Shown one piece after another: positions 12,040-23,511 of a DNA stretch of 64,000 bases (position 1 is its first letter; every line of letters begins with the position of its first letter). This DNA comes from Phallusia mammillata (taxonomy: Eukaryota). The DNA is taken from positions 15,686,001-15,750,000 of the forward strand of contig OZ281494.1 in assembly GCA_965637545.1 (NCBI GenBank), read 5' to 3'. Made by a program: the position numbers and the translations under genes. The notes under the pieces were generated by a model. It was not told the DNA's origin. It saw only the letters and a program-made list of their open reading frames with translations, and made no database searches.

Positions 12040-13001
12040 CTCTAAACGGTCTCTTTGCCATTATTTTGAGGGCTTAAAAAAGGAAAATTGATTGCAGGGT
12101 TTTAGCTAGTTATGTAAAATTCTGCATATAATGATCCAAATCTGACATTACAGACAAGACAAAAACATTACCATTGTACGCGAGCAATTGCATTTTTGTC
12201 AGTTGGCATGCAATAAAGCTTATTGTTTGGCAATGGAGACGGTCGATTCTCAATTTTACTTTGATTTAAACTTATTTAGTTGCACAAACTGACGCTAAAT
12301 TAGAATATAGAATTACTTCCAGCTTTTTGCGGTCCCCGCAAAATTGCCTCACGGAGCCCTAAAGGACCGCACCCCAGTTTGAGAACCGTTGGGTTCACCT
12401 TTTTTGCGATCCAATTACTTCTCTTGCGGAATAAATTTAGAATATTCGGAAGTCACACGGACAGCGACACGGCAAAACGTTAGATACGATACTCTGATTC
12501 TTGTTAATTAACTTTCTGCGTAAGCTTCTGTTTAGTTAAGTTTATTAGGCTAAGCTTACTACTCTCACTATCCTTGAAACTATAAGCACATATATTACGG
12601 GTCGCCAACCTTTGCCACTCTAAAAACTGTTCGGACCAATTTCAAATTGTCACAGAAAAACAACAACACTGGTAGCCGCCTTTTTAAATTTGCAATAAAA
12701 TGCCACTGTAAAAACGTTTTTATATCTCACGACATTCGACTTTTTGTTGTTAGTTAATTCCTTGCCTATTAGATACACAGTTAAAGCAAATGAAACTTCC
12801 CACGTTCGCACGTAGCATTGAATGCTGTGTTTTCTTGAGACGCGGATTTTTATTTGTGTATTTAACGCGTATTGTTAGACAACTATGGTAACAAACAGGT
12901 ATTGTTACGCACGCACGCACGCACACTGCAAAACGAAACAGTAACCTTGTGCGTTAACCTGCGCGCCGCCAGTGAACCTCTTTACGTTTCATGGTATAGA
13001 G

Positions 13002-13583
13002 CAGTGCTCCGCAACCGCTGTGCCGCGGCACACTGGTGTGCCGCAAGACGATGCTGGGTGTGCCGCCACAAAACCGTAACTTTTTGTTTTAAATTTGTTT
13101 TTGTGTATTTTAACATTATAGCAAATGATACAGTAGTCTACAACATCCAACTAAACTTTATTCCAACTTTATTCGTAAGGGCTAGAAATAAATGCGACTA
13201 TTTAATCGTATGATGGAAATAGTTCCTCCTGTTGAAAATCAGCAATTCCAATTGTTGCGTCAAATTTTTCAATTGTGTCGTAATTGCATGTATATCTGTT
13301 TATTGCATTACGAATGTTTTTTGTACATTAAATGGCATGAACGCACAACATAAGCACATAATATTTTTGTTCAAATTACTTTTACAGAAGAAGTTCCAAT
13401 AGTACGAGTACGGCCCTTTACCAACGCAAAATATGTTTTGGGCCCTCAAAGAAGTTTAAGACCCCTTGCTTAATGCTTTTTTTAGTCTTTCGAAAAATTA
13501 TCGCATTTTTTGGTTCGGGTGTGCCGCCGAACATTTAAAGCTTGTATGGTGTGACGTGCGTGAAAAAAGGTTGCGGAGCACTG
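13002..13583. mobile_element. Nested hAT MITE (582 bp)
   Basis: TIRs CAGTGCTCCGCAACC / GGTTGCGGAGCACTG; TSD GTATAGAG / GTGTAGAG; empty site GGTATAGAGACGCGG in copy 1. Confidence 0.93.
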
Positions 13584-14161
13584 GTGTAGAGACGCGGTTG
13601 TAGCTAACTACTAGAAATTTTCTCCGTTGGTACATTAATTTCATGGTATATCCATATATTTTTCTTAAATTCCTGACTTTTAAGTACATTTTAACATTTC
13701 TCCCTGACGCAGATTTAAACACTAAATTCCCTGGCATGCAAGGATGGCAGTACGGTACGGTACGTATTACGTTGACCGTACCACGTACCTCGTCACGTAG
13801 AGCGTACCGTACCACCGTACCGTACCAAATGTCAAAAATCAAAGCGTACCGTACTCAAGGTACGGTACGAAAATTTGCGTACCGTACCTTCAAATAAACC
13901 AATCGGGATTAAGTTGGATAAGGAGAGGTGTCTAAACAACAAGCTGTCCCATTACAACCAGCTCATTCGAAATGAAAGGTTGATGCGTTTTCTACGATGG
14001 GCTCGTGCAGTGACAGTGGGTAATTTTCAACAGCATGTTTCTTAAGAGACAACAACACTAGCTAGCTTTTTCAACTAACTGGAGAATCAATTACAAATGC
14101 CGAGTTAATCTCTGTTCTTGTTACGTGCGCGTTTTAATAATACGTCTACGGTACGTGTAAC

Positions 14162-15032
14162 CATAGGCGCCGAGTTTTATAAAAATGCGAGGTGGCGGAC
14201 GTAAATTATGACGTCACTCTTTGTGACGTCACTAATGCGTGCAACCACACGAACCCACCTCAAAGCCCAAGAAACTTTCAATGGAATGTAACATTCGTTA
14301 AATTCTTTTAAAAAAACATTTTTTTAAATAATATTCAGTTAAAACAGTTTGCTTTAACGTTTTATTGGTTTAGCAACGTTTAGAAAAAGTTTCATCAAAT
14401 TGTTGCTCTTGTATCACCCAAAGTCTAAACCAGGGGTGGGCACCCTTTGTTACTTTAGGGCCAATTATGAATGTCAAAATTGGATCGCGGGCCGCACTGT
14501 GTATAACACAAAGTGATTTTGCTTTGTTTCTTACGAAATATGCTTAACTACAAGTATAATTCGTATTTGATTCTAGCCACATTTTGCCAGATCGCAGTAA
14601 ACTAGCACCAGGCGCATTAATCAGCTCAAAAATATGTATTAATTGGACTCGTTTGCGAGTACTTTTGAAATCCAAGCGTCTCTGCGGGCCGCACAGCCTT
14701 TAATGAAGGGCCGCATGCGGCCCGTGGGCCGCAGGTTGCCCACCCCTGGTCTAAACTATAACCATTCATCACAGTACAATCACATTGTACATAATAATGG
14801 CCATACATGCACTGCCAACAATTTGTTTGACGTCATAAACAATTAAAGCTCTAACCAAAACGCGTTGCAGTTTCCTCGCGTTTTGTTGCTTTTATGCCAG
14901 CATGCTTGTTCCCAATTTTTTTCAGATTTTACGATGCTTCGTACTATACCGCTACAAACAAATCAAAATATCCACGGTGGCCGCCACCGTGCTTTACAAA
15001 CCCGCCCCGCCACCGCCCACTCGGCGCCTTTG
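14162..15032. mobile_element. Third-level nested hAT element (871 bp)
   Basis: TIRs CATAGGCGCCGAGT / ACTCGGCGCCTTTG; TSD CGTGTAAC / CGCGTAAC. Confidence 0.85.
14431..14748. mobile_element. Fourth-level nested Charlie/Buster-like MITE (318 bp)
   Basis: TIRs CAGGGGTGGGCACC / GGTTGCCCACCCCTG; perfect TSD GTCTAAAC; GGCCCG/CGGGCC subterminal motifs. Confidence 0.93.
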
Positions 15033-18031
15033 CGCGTAACCCTCCTTTTGCATGGTAAGCACGCATTATTAAGCAGTGACGTCATAAACTTTTTTGAGCA
15101 CTATTTTGGTACAGGGACACTGTGATGAAATCATGTTTTAAACAACTTAAATTCAAGTTTCGGACAATTTTGATATTATCTGCAAATGGTAACGATTCAA
15201 AAATGACCGTTTAATCCACATTTAATATGCGTACCAGTACGGTGGTACGGTACGCTTTTAGTACGGTGGTACGCTCTAGTAAAGGACCGTACCACGTACC
15301 GTACCCGTACCTCAGCTTTCTTTGCGTACCGTACCTACGTACCGTACTTTTTGATGAAATTTGCTGCGTACCGTACCGTACCATTGTACCGTACCGTACT
15401 GCCATCCTTGCTGACATGTCAGGGAAAATCCTGACGTATGGCAACCCTATGTTAGATAGTAGACTAACTTAGAATCAAAGCGCCCAGGGCAGGCGTGGGA
15501 AGCATTTTACTTTAAATTAAGTCGCTGGTGCCAATCATAGCATACGACAAATTCGCATAGTCGACTGTAGGCCTCAACTACGCAATCTATTCGATCTACG
15601 CAAACCATACCTAGCAATTCATGGAACTTACATTAATAAAATGCTCACCCAATGCAAGTCTATAAGGCTCTAAGCAGTTGAAATATGTTCCAGGCTACAA
15701 TTTTGGAGTTGCCTTCGCGTTTATTTGCATCTCGTCATTCTTTAGTTTGTGAACTTTACAAACACTCTTATAACCTTCAGTTTAAACCCTTAATTTTGTC
15801 CAGTCATTAGCCCACTAGCTTATGCTTTAGCACAGTGGCTTGTCCAACTCCAAGTAGGCTAAACTCAACTCAAAGTATATGTAGAAAACTTGGATTCTGC
15901 TCCAAAATTTTTGTAGTGGGGACTGGGGACAAAAAATTCTGCTCCAAACCAATTAATGCAAAATACCATAAAAGATCACGTTGGTTTGCAGCTCATTTAT
16001 TTTCTTGCGGGGTTTCAACCCTGGACGCTCCCGGGAAGAATTATATTTTATATGAGGTGAAGCGTGGTGCAACTTCTTTTCCCTAGCGGATGCGTGACTA
16101 AAATATATTATTCGCTTTGTGTCAGTAAAGAGCGACATCCTACACTTTCGCTGTCCCAGAACTTATGCGTATCGCAAAACCCCTGCGGCTGCAGATGCAA
16201 AAATATAAGCTTAGCTTAAAATCAAAAAATACACGACGATAAAGTGTAGGCTAGGCTAATGAAACCAACGAGGAACATTCTGTGGTTTTTCCTAAACATT
16301 AAAGTCGTCAATCATGTTTATATTAACAGTTTGAGAGAAATTCATTGTGCTTTGTATAATCACCTCAGATTCCGCTAGTAAAAAATAAAACACAACAAGC
16401 TCAAAAAATCAATTAAGTCTTTTGAGCACGTGCCCGAAATGCCAGCTTAACAGCCTATGCGGACCGCCGTGGATGGTTGAAAAATACGCGTTTCAAGTGC
16501 AGGTCGCATTAAAAGCATTGAAATGTCAGCATGTGCCCAAGCGGCGTTGTTGACACAGCAGTCGTTCCATTCTCACCTCGTGCCAGCGAATAGCAACTTG
16601 ACTAATAATGGCCGGTTTCACCTGAGCCTCAACAATGCGTGAGTTTTACTGGTCAGTTTAATTCACTCCGGGTCTGCATTAAGGTTTACCGGCGTTGTGG
16701 TCAACAGTTGGTCAAACACGCAGTTTGGGACGAATCGTCGCATATGCGAACTTCAAAGTTAGCAGTGGTCTTTGGCGTTTGTATTGAAACGCATATAACG
16801 GCAACGCAACACATTAAAATTCGCTTTTTTGCCACAATTTTTGAATGAAAACGGTAACAAGCCTTTGTGTTTGTAAAATGCAGCGTTTAAAAACATTATT
16901 ATGGCGCAAATCTGTGCAAATTATTATTAACGCTAGGCTGTGCAAATCAAAAACAGTTTTGTGAATGAGTTTTACAGTGGTCTAACCTTATTTTGTTGCG
17001 ACGCAATCACTCGAGATCCCAAGAAGCAAACAACTCTTGACCCTAATGTTTTATCGTCGACTAAACTGCTCTTGACTCGCCGCTGCTATTTGCTCAGCTA
17101 AAATTCCCAGGAACGGACCAACTTGGTTTGAAAATTGGGTGACGGATTATCGATACCGTTTGATGCGCTTTGTTTCTGTTTTATACGAAACATGTTTTGG
17201 GTGTTTTTTTATAAGTGAAAACTACGCGTACACATTAATTTACGATACATGCTATATGATTGAAATTCCGCAAAACGATACAAACTAACATCTGGGTTAA
17301 AAACATTACAACTTTTCGACAGCGTATTTATAGAACCGTAAATTGTGTACCTAACTTTATTGAGAGATAAAGTTCCATCTTAGTTTTTCCTTATTGCGCT
17401 TAGAACCTAAAATATTTGATCTTTAAAATGTAGGCTAGCAAATTTCCCGTTCCATAATCGTTCAAAGTATACTAGTAATGCAACAAACATTTTAGCAACT
17501 TTTATGAAACCAGACCTGGACGGAAACAAGTTTCGATGACAAAGAACGACGGAAACAAACCAGTGCCGTGCCATTGACGTATACGTGCTTTCAACGTGTT
17601 GTGTATTTAGCTTGGTAGGTTGATTTTCTGCAGAGGCCAGACAATAGTGACGATCCAGGTGCCACAGTTGCTGTCAACCTGCTACGGAAATACAAAAAAA
17701 TGTTGCATTGCTTGTTCCTTTTGTTTGTCGCTTCCGATACAGTGTATACATCAAAAACTTTCAATAAAAACTACAGGGGAAGTTTGTTTGGCCAGCTTTA
17801 GATGGTGGATTGTGGGAACTCCACCTGCACTTGTAGCCTACTGTCCTCATTTTATTGTTGCTTCTGCAGTGAATTGCACGATCTTTGTAGATATATCTGA
17901 CACAGTCCTTTTGTACCTTTTTCAAGGAACCCTTCAAAGTTTTTGTCAATTGTTGCAGAAAATAGTAATTCAAAAATATGGTAGAATATAGATAACTAAA
18001 CTTTCCGTTTGAACTAACACGCCCTTAGAAC

Positions 18032-18123
18032 CAGGGAGTCGAACCGCTTGTCGGGTTCGGTTCGGGTTTAATGAAATTTACCGCTCAAACCGGCTCGCGG
18101 GTTCGGTTCAGTTCGACACCCTG
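18032..18123. mobile_element. Miniature hAT MITE (92 bp)
   Basis: TIRs CAGGGAGTCGAAC / GTTCGACACCCTG; flanks CTTAGAAC / CTTAGACA (6/8); GGTTC repeats. Confidence 0.7.
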
Positions 18124-20599
18124 CTTAGACACAAAGATAGTTTACTGTAATAAAATATGAAGACGTAAGTTTGCTTGGTTGTTTTCAGTCGATTCTCAAA
18201 GTTTTTGAAAATAAAAGTCAAAGCTTGGTTTACAGTTACTGATGCACAGGAGTGGGGAAAAATAGAAGCCAAAACAACAAATCGGTCTTTCCAACCGGTA
18301 AAACCTTACATTTGCTTTTAATCAGCTGCGATGAACAAAGCAAACACAGCATTAAATAACGTCTGAAAAGGGTGATGCGTACAAGACTTCAGATTACCCG
18401 CATTAGCCAGGTGCTTAGAATTACTCACCACATCGTCTGTCTAACTGTTACGTCACAGACAACAGAATTATCTGGAATTCGTGCATTATTGATTTTTAAA
18501 ATCTAAATCGTTTATAACTGTTTTAGCAGTCAACAATTTGGCTCAAATTTTTAAAATTTTTGACACAATCGTTTTGAAAATAAAGGCCTCTTTTAGGTCA
18601 AATGAAAAACAAACTTTAAACGAACAAACAAATATGATTTGTATGCTAAGGTTTGGATTCCATGGTATTCGAAATTTTATCTAGTTTCTAGACAATCAGA
18701 AAACTGTATCCCGGCAAAATACTTTTTGCAAACATTCGACTGTCGGAGTCAAGGTCTCGGCCTCTTTCAGGCCCATAAGCATTCACAGCAGCGTCTCAGT
18801 TCTTTATGAAAGCCATCAAAAGCGGCGACCCTGTCATTGCTGTTTGGTGCGATTCTCTCGTGCTGGTGTGGAAGAGTCCACGGACGAAGTCGCGATTCGA
18901 TCCTTTACGCAAACACTGCGCTCTTTTTAGGCCCCCAATACTGCAATAAACTAACAACGTCTGGTGATTTGTTGCCGTCAGAGACTATGTTAAATCTAGT
19001 TATCCACTGTGTTGCATTTTGTACCAGGATGTCTGGCAGGACAAATTAGTCGCATATGTTATCTATTAACGTGAAAGCATATAGTTTATGTGCAACATTT
19101 GAAATAACGTTATTAGATTGTCGTTATTAGAATTTTGCAATGTTTGTTTTCCCCAAAACATAAACGCTATACTTTAGAACATGTTAACTGCTACATTAAA
19201 ATTGATAAAATTATGCCAACTGTTTTTGCAAACCATTTTAGACTCTGGAGCCATTTTAGAACTAAGTTGGCTCCAAAACAAACACGAATCTAGGAACTTC
19301 ACAAGTATGCGATGGTCCAAGACAAATACAAATTCAATCAATGAGTCTTTGAACTTGATAAAAATGTGTTCATTAGTGGGTTTCTAACATCATGGAAGCA
19401 GCACTATACAGTTTAGAACCTTTTAATTTCGCTTTTACCCGATAGCCCATGATAAAGTCAGTCGTGTGGTCGTTTGATAAGGATATCTATGGTTTCAAAG
19501 ACCGCTTTAATGTTGAACATCTAACACAAAGTTGTTTGCCAGAAACACAAGAAGCTACAATTTTTCAAATCATTTCAAGAAATTGTAAGAAAAATTACAA
19601 TACACATTTAAGAGACACAAAATATTAAAAGCCACGCTTTTTATTATTTGTCAATATCCTTGTTAGTCACAAAAAACTGTTGCGCAGACGAACACGATCA
19701 GTTTCCGTTTAATAAGCAAACAACACACCTTCACTTCCTAAATTCCACCGTTCGACACACAAACAAACAAAATGGAGGCGAAAGTGAGAATTATTTTGCA
19801 CCGGTAACGTTATCCCGTAGAGTGACTCTCGCTACGTAAAAAATTTTGTGAAAGGAAGTTTTGCCGAAAATGCTTGATAGCTCTGCTGTGCCTTCCGTTA
19901 TTACTGCCGACCAAAGCAAATATTTGAGGATGTTTTGAAATGCGGCATTTATAGCCAATATTTTTCGCAAGTTTTAAAGTGAATGTATGTGTGTAAAATT
20001 GATACCTAGTTTCGTGCATGTAGTTGTCTTTATTACTAAAGAGAAAAAAACTTTAAGCATTTCTGGCATAGCCCTATTATCAAACGTCGTGATTCCTGAG
20101 GAATAAAAGCCAATAATCTTCTGAATAAACTGACCCAAGATTGTACACATTTCATATTTACAGAGGCTTTACCTCAAACTTGGTCATATAGACATAGAAC
20201 GATCAACAAACAGCTACTGTTTGAGGCGGTCAACATATAGCTTCTGTTGGCAGTTGTCAGAATAAGGCTAGGTTTGAAGGTTACTGTGTGTGCCGATAAA
20301 GTTGTAATTTGAATTTTGTCGATAAAGTTGTAAAAAAATCAAAATCGATTTTTGGGAATAGTTTTTTGAAAACAAAAAGGCTGGCAATATTGTAAACTTA
20401 CTTGATAGCATGATCGTGACCAAAACTGTATGCGTTTTTTGCACCTGTTACAGCAGTTTCGTCGAATTTTTCAAAGTGTAACTTTCACCTTCTATTTCAG
20501 TTAGAACTGTGTCTTGCAAAATTTAGAATCCCATGAAAAGTGTGAGGTTGCGATACGTTGATAGTACCTAGCTTATCGCAAGCTCGTGCGGGCACAGGC

Positions 20600-20800
20600 T
20601 TGATCAAGATGCATTACGTCACGCATCAAGACAGTGGCCCGCCAATAAGGGCGTTTCTAAAGCATGCGGCCGCTGGTCAGACCTGGGCCAGCCAAGGCGC
20701 GAGATTGGACCGCATTGATCATCGAAGAGAAAAAAGAAAGGGACTGGACGGAACTGGTGTCCAATATAAACCACTGAATGACCAGACGGAATCATTCCAG
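20600..20800 (+). promoter_or_regulatory. Candidate distal FoxA core promoter (CCAAT boxes, CRE-like site, TATA)
   Basis: GCCAAT ~20641, GATTGG ~20703, CCAAT at 20761 overlapping TATAAA 20765-20770, TACGTCA ~20616. Motif inspection only. Confidence 0.35.
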
Positions 20801-21377
20801 CCTTTGAGCTCATAGTAGTCATTTCAAAGCATCAGCAATCAGTTGTGAAACGGTAGCAAAATTACTAGACGAAATACGAATAGCCGTTTATACCTTATAT
20901 AACTAAGGGTTAGCGAGTGTGCAATTTAAACGCGTTAATGACAGAGTCTAATTTTTTGTACGCAATAGTTTTTACTTCGCAAAAATCGCAATTTTCTGTC
21001 AATAGTTGGTTTTCGATTATAATTTAATTTCATAACCAAGAAATGCTAGTGGAAGATGATAGAACATCTGCACAAAAAGATTTCGACTGTCGAGACCGTG
21101 TCTAATCGTAACCTGTTGAAAGCTATGCGCACAAGAAACTTCTCGAAAAACGTACATTTCAAATATTATGCGCCTCGCAACGCCAGAATAGACATATTAG
21201 ACAGGGAGAGGGCGCTGTTGTGCTGAGTATAACAGACAAATATTGTCCGCGCGCTCCATTTCTTGAATGTACGGTGTAACAGTAAACGTTTGGCGCTGAC
21301 CCGCGAAAGAGTTGCGAGAAAATTCGCAAGTCAAATATTTGTTAGGATCATGAAGTTGAACGTGAATGCCAATGTGA

Positions 21378-21384
21378 TATAAAA
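21378..21384 (+). promoter_or_regulatory. Candidate proximal FoxA TATA box
   Basis: TATAAAA ~390 bp upstream of the ATG; strong acceptor TTATTTTTGTAG ending at 21647 lies between it and the ATG. Confidence 0.4.
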
Positions 21385-21771
21385 CCCGACTAATTCGTCC
21401 ACAAAGCAAAAGGTTAACAGGTTATCGAAAGAGAGTTACATATTGAGGATCAGATAAACAGTAAAGCAGCGGATAGCCTTTGGCAGTGTAGCGTGATATT
21501 TACAGCCGTGTTTAGAGTATACATTACTATTTCCGCTAAACTCCAAAACGTGTGTGAGGCTTTGATTAAAACTTTGTCGGTTTTGCCATACCTAAATTTA
21601 TTTATTTTTTGTGCCAAACACTAAATGTGAAATTGTTATTTTTGTAGATATTTCACGAAACTGTCAAAAGATTATTTCTGCAAATATCTGTACAACTTGC
21701 TTTCTGCTCAAAAACACTAGTTCGTCTGCCGACATAAACGTTGCTTCAGATCAACGCAAAAGCAAGTCAAA

Positions 21772-23511
21772 ATGATGTTGTCGTCTCCCCCATCAAAGTA
21801 TCAACCGTTCCAGCAATCATACGGAGGCAACATGACCAACATTCCAAACGGAATGCAGGCACCCTACGTTAACACCATGAACTCGATTTCGATCGGAAAT
21901 CAGGTCGGTTTTAACAACCCAGTCAACCAGGGCTACGGCATGAACGGACATCATACGGCCCACAGCGTACAAATGGCGGCGGCCGCCGCTGCAGCAGTCG
22001 GAAACCCGGGAATGGCATCTCCCTACGCCGGCATGGGACCGGGCGTAGGCATTAGTCCCAATATGGCGCTTATGTCAATTCGCCGTACTGAGAAGGCTTA
22101 CCGTCGCAACTACACGCATGCAAAGCCACCATACAGCTACATTTCGCTCATTACCATGGCTTTGCAGTCATCTACCAGCAAAATGATGACTCTTAGCGAG
22201 ATCTACAACTGGATTATGGACCTTTTCCCATTCTACCGCCAGAACCAGCAACGTTGGCAAAACTCTATTCGCCACAGTCTTTCCTTCAATGATTGCTTTG
22301 TCAAAGTTCCAAGATCGGCTGATAAACCAGGAAAGGGTTCTTATTGGTCTCTACATCCCGACGCTGGTAATATGTTCGAAAATGGTTGCTACCTGCGACG
22401 CCAAAAGCGCTTCAAAAGTGACAAGAAGAACAAGGGTGGTGCCGGTCTAGACGTGCAGCAATCGCTTGAGCAGCTACAAAACGAAACTGCCAGCCCACCA
22501 CCGTCCAACCCCGGATCAGCAAGTAGCAGCCCACCGGACAACCACGGCGCTTACATCGATTCGGACTCGAGCATAAAATCACCAGAAATGGAAGACAGAA
22601 CAGCGTCAACATCAACGCACTACAACCCGGTAACGATGAGCCACACGCACACCGCTGCTACCAACGTTACTTCAGTCCATGAGCGTCTTCCAGTTCCACA
22701 GAGGCACCAAGAACCTTCCGCATACGGGTCCCACATCCACGGTGACCATGCTGAAAACTTGCTTGCGTTACAGCAGCACACTCAGCAAATCAGCCCTGCA
22801 TCAGTCGGTTCTTCATCCCCCGTCAACTCCGAATCAGTAGGCAACCTTCACAATATGGCGCCGGTGACCGAGAAACAAAGCGATGGACATACCCTTGGTT
22901 CACGCGCGCAAAGCGTTGAGGTGCCGCAACACAACCAAGTTGAATCGTCATCTGGACATCAACAAGAACACCATGACTTCTACTCGCACTACGCCCAAGC
23001 TACTGCGTACGCTGCAGCCGTCCAGCAACACCCTTTCGCCGCCGTAGCTGCTGCACACTCCTTTGCACCTCATCCCTTTTCAATCAGCAGCCTAATGAAT
23101 GTCGCTGACCAGCATCATCCACAACAGCAGCAGCAGCAACAACAGCAGCACTACGCTAATTCGAAAGAGTTGCGAGCTTACCAAGAAGCGATGCACTACT
23201 ACAACTCGGGCATGAACGGATTTGGTACAACAGGCATCACACCATCGACTGTCAATGACACAATGCCTTCGCAGCAATGTACCAACGCGCAGTCACCTAT
23301 CAATTCTGCATCATCATCCACATCAGTGTCGACGCCATCGCCTGCATCGTCGTCATCGCTCAGTCACTACTCGTCGGCCTTGCACTACAACCCGCTGCAA
23401 TTGCACGAGCAACACCAGGCCCCTCTTCCTTTACAATCAAGTCACCTGGAACACAGCGAACATCAACAAGATACAACGAATTACTACCAAGGGTGCGTAC
23501 CGGCCAACTAA
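21772..23511 (+). CDS. FoxA: Forkhead box A transcription factor (FoxA.a / HNF3 / fkh), 579 aa
   Basis: Complete forkhead domain with FoxA-diagnostic [21 protein letters not shown] ... [18 protein letters not shown] ... [19 protein letters not shown]1 motif HPFSISSLM and C-terminal YYQG. Single open frame; AATAAA at 24099-24104. Confidence 0.98.
   Translation: MMLSSPPSKYQPFQQSYGGNMTNIPNGMQAPYVNTMNSISIGNQVGFNNPVNQGYGMNGHHTAHSVQMAAAAAAAVGNPGMASPYAGMGPGVGISPNMALMSIRRTEKAYRRNYTHAKPPYSYISLITMALQSSTSKMMTLSEIYNWIMDLFPFYRQNQQRWQNSIRHSLSFNDCFVKVPRSADKPGKGSYWSLHPDAGNMFENGCYLRRQKRFKSDKKNKGGAGLDVQQSLEQLQNETASPPPSNPGSASSSPPDNHGAYIDSDSSIKSPEMEDRTASTSTHYNPVTMSHTHTAATNVTSVHERLPVPQRHQEPSAYGSHIHGDHAENLLALQQHTQQISPASVGSSSPVNSESVGNLHNMAPVTEKQSDGHTLGSRAQSVEVPQHNQVESSSGHQQEHHDFYSHYAQATAYAAAVQQHPFAAVAAAHSFAPHPFSISSLMNVADQHHPQQQQQQQQQHYANSKELRAYQEAMHYYNSGMNGFGTTGITPSTVNDTMPSQQCTNAQSPINSASSSTSVSTPSPASSSSLSHYSSALHYNPLQLHEQHQAPLPLQSSHLEHSEHQQDTTNYYQGCVPAN

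Larger units (their letters stand above)
13739..15410. mobile_element. Nested hAT element with (CGTAC)n subterminal arrays (1672 bp)
   Basis: TIRs CAAGGATGGCAGTACGGTACGG / CCGTACCGTACTGCCATCCTTG; TSD CTGGCATG / CTGACATG; inserted into the CCTGACATGTCAGG palindrome that is intact in copies 1 and 2. Confidence 0.93.
11375..15449 (+). mobile_element. Non-autonomous hAT element, family A copy 3, expanded to 4075 bp by nested insertions
   Basis: TIRs TAGGGTTGCCATA / TATGGCAACCCTA; perfect TSD TGTTAGAT (11367-11374, 15450-15457). The host sequence matches copy 1 (5 differences in a ~300 bp stretch compared by eye). Confidence 0.95.

Noticed and set aside
3353-15472. ORF-track entries inside the hAT elements (e.g. 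MPYVRIFPDMSGNLVFK repeated three times)
   Set aside because: They recur because the element is repeated; there are no transposase motifs (BED finger, DDE, hATC), and several are translations of CGTAC arrays.
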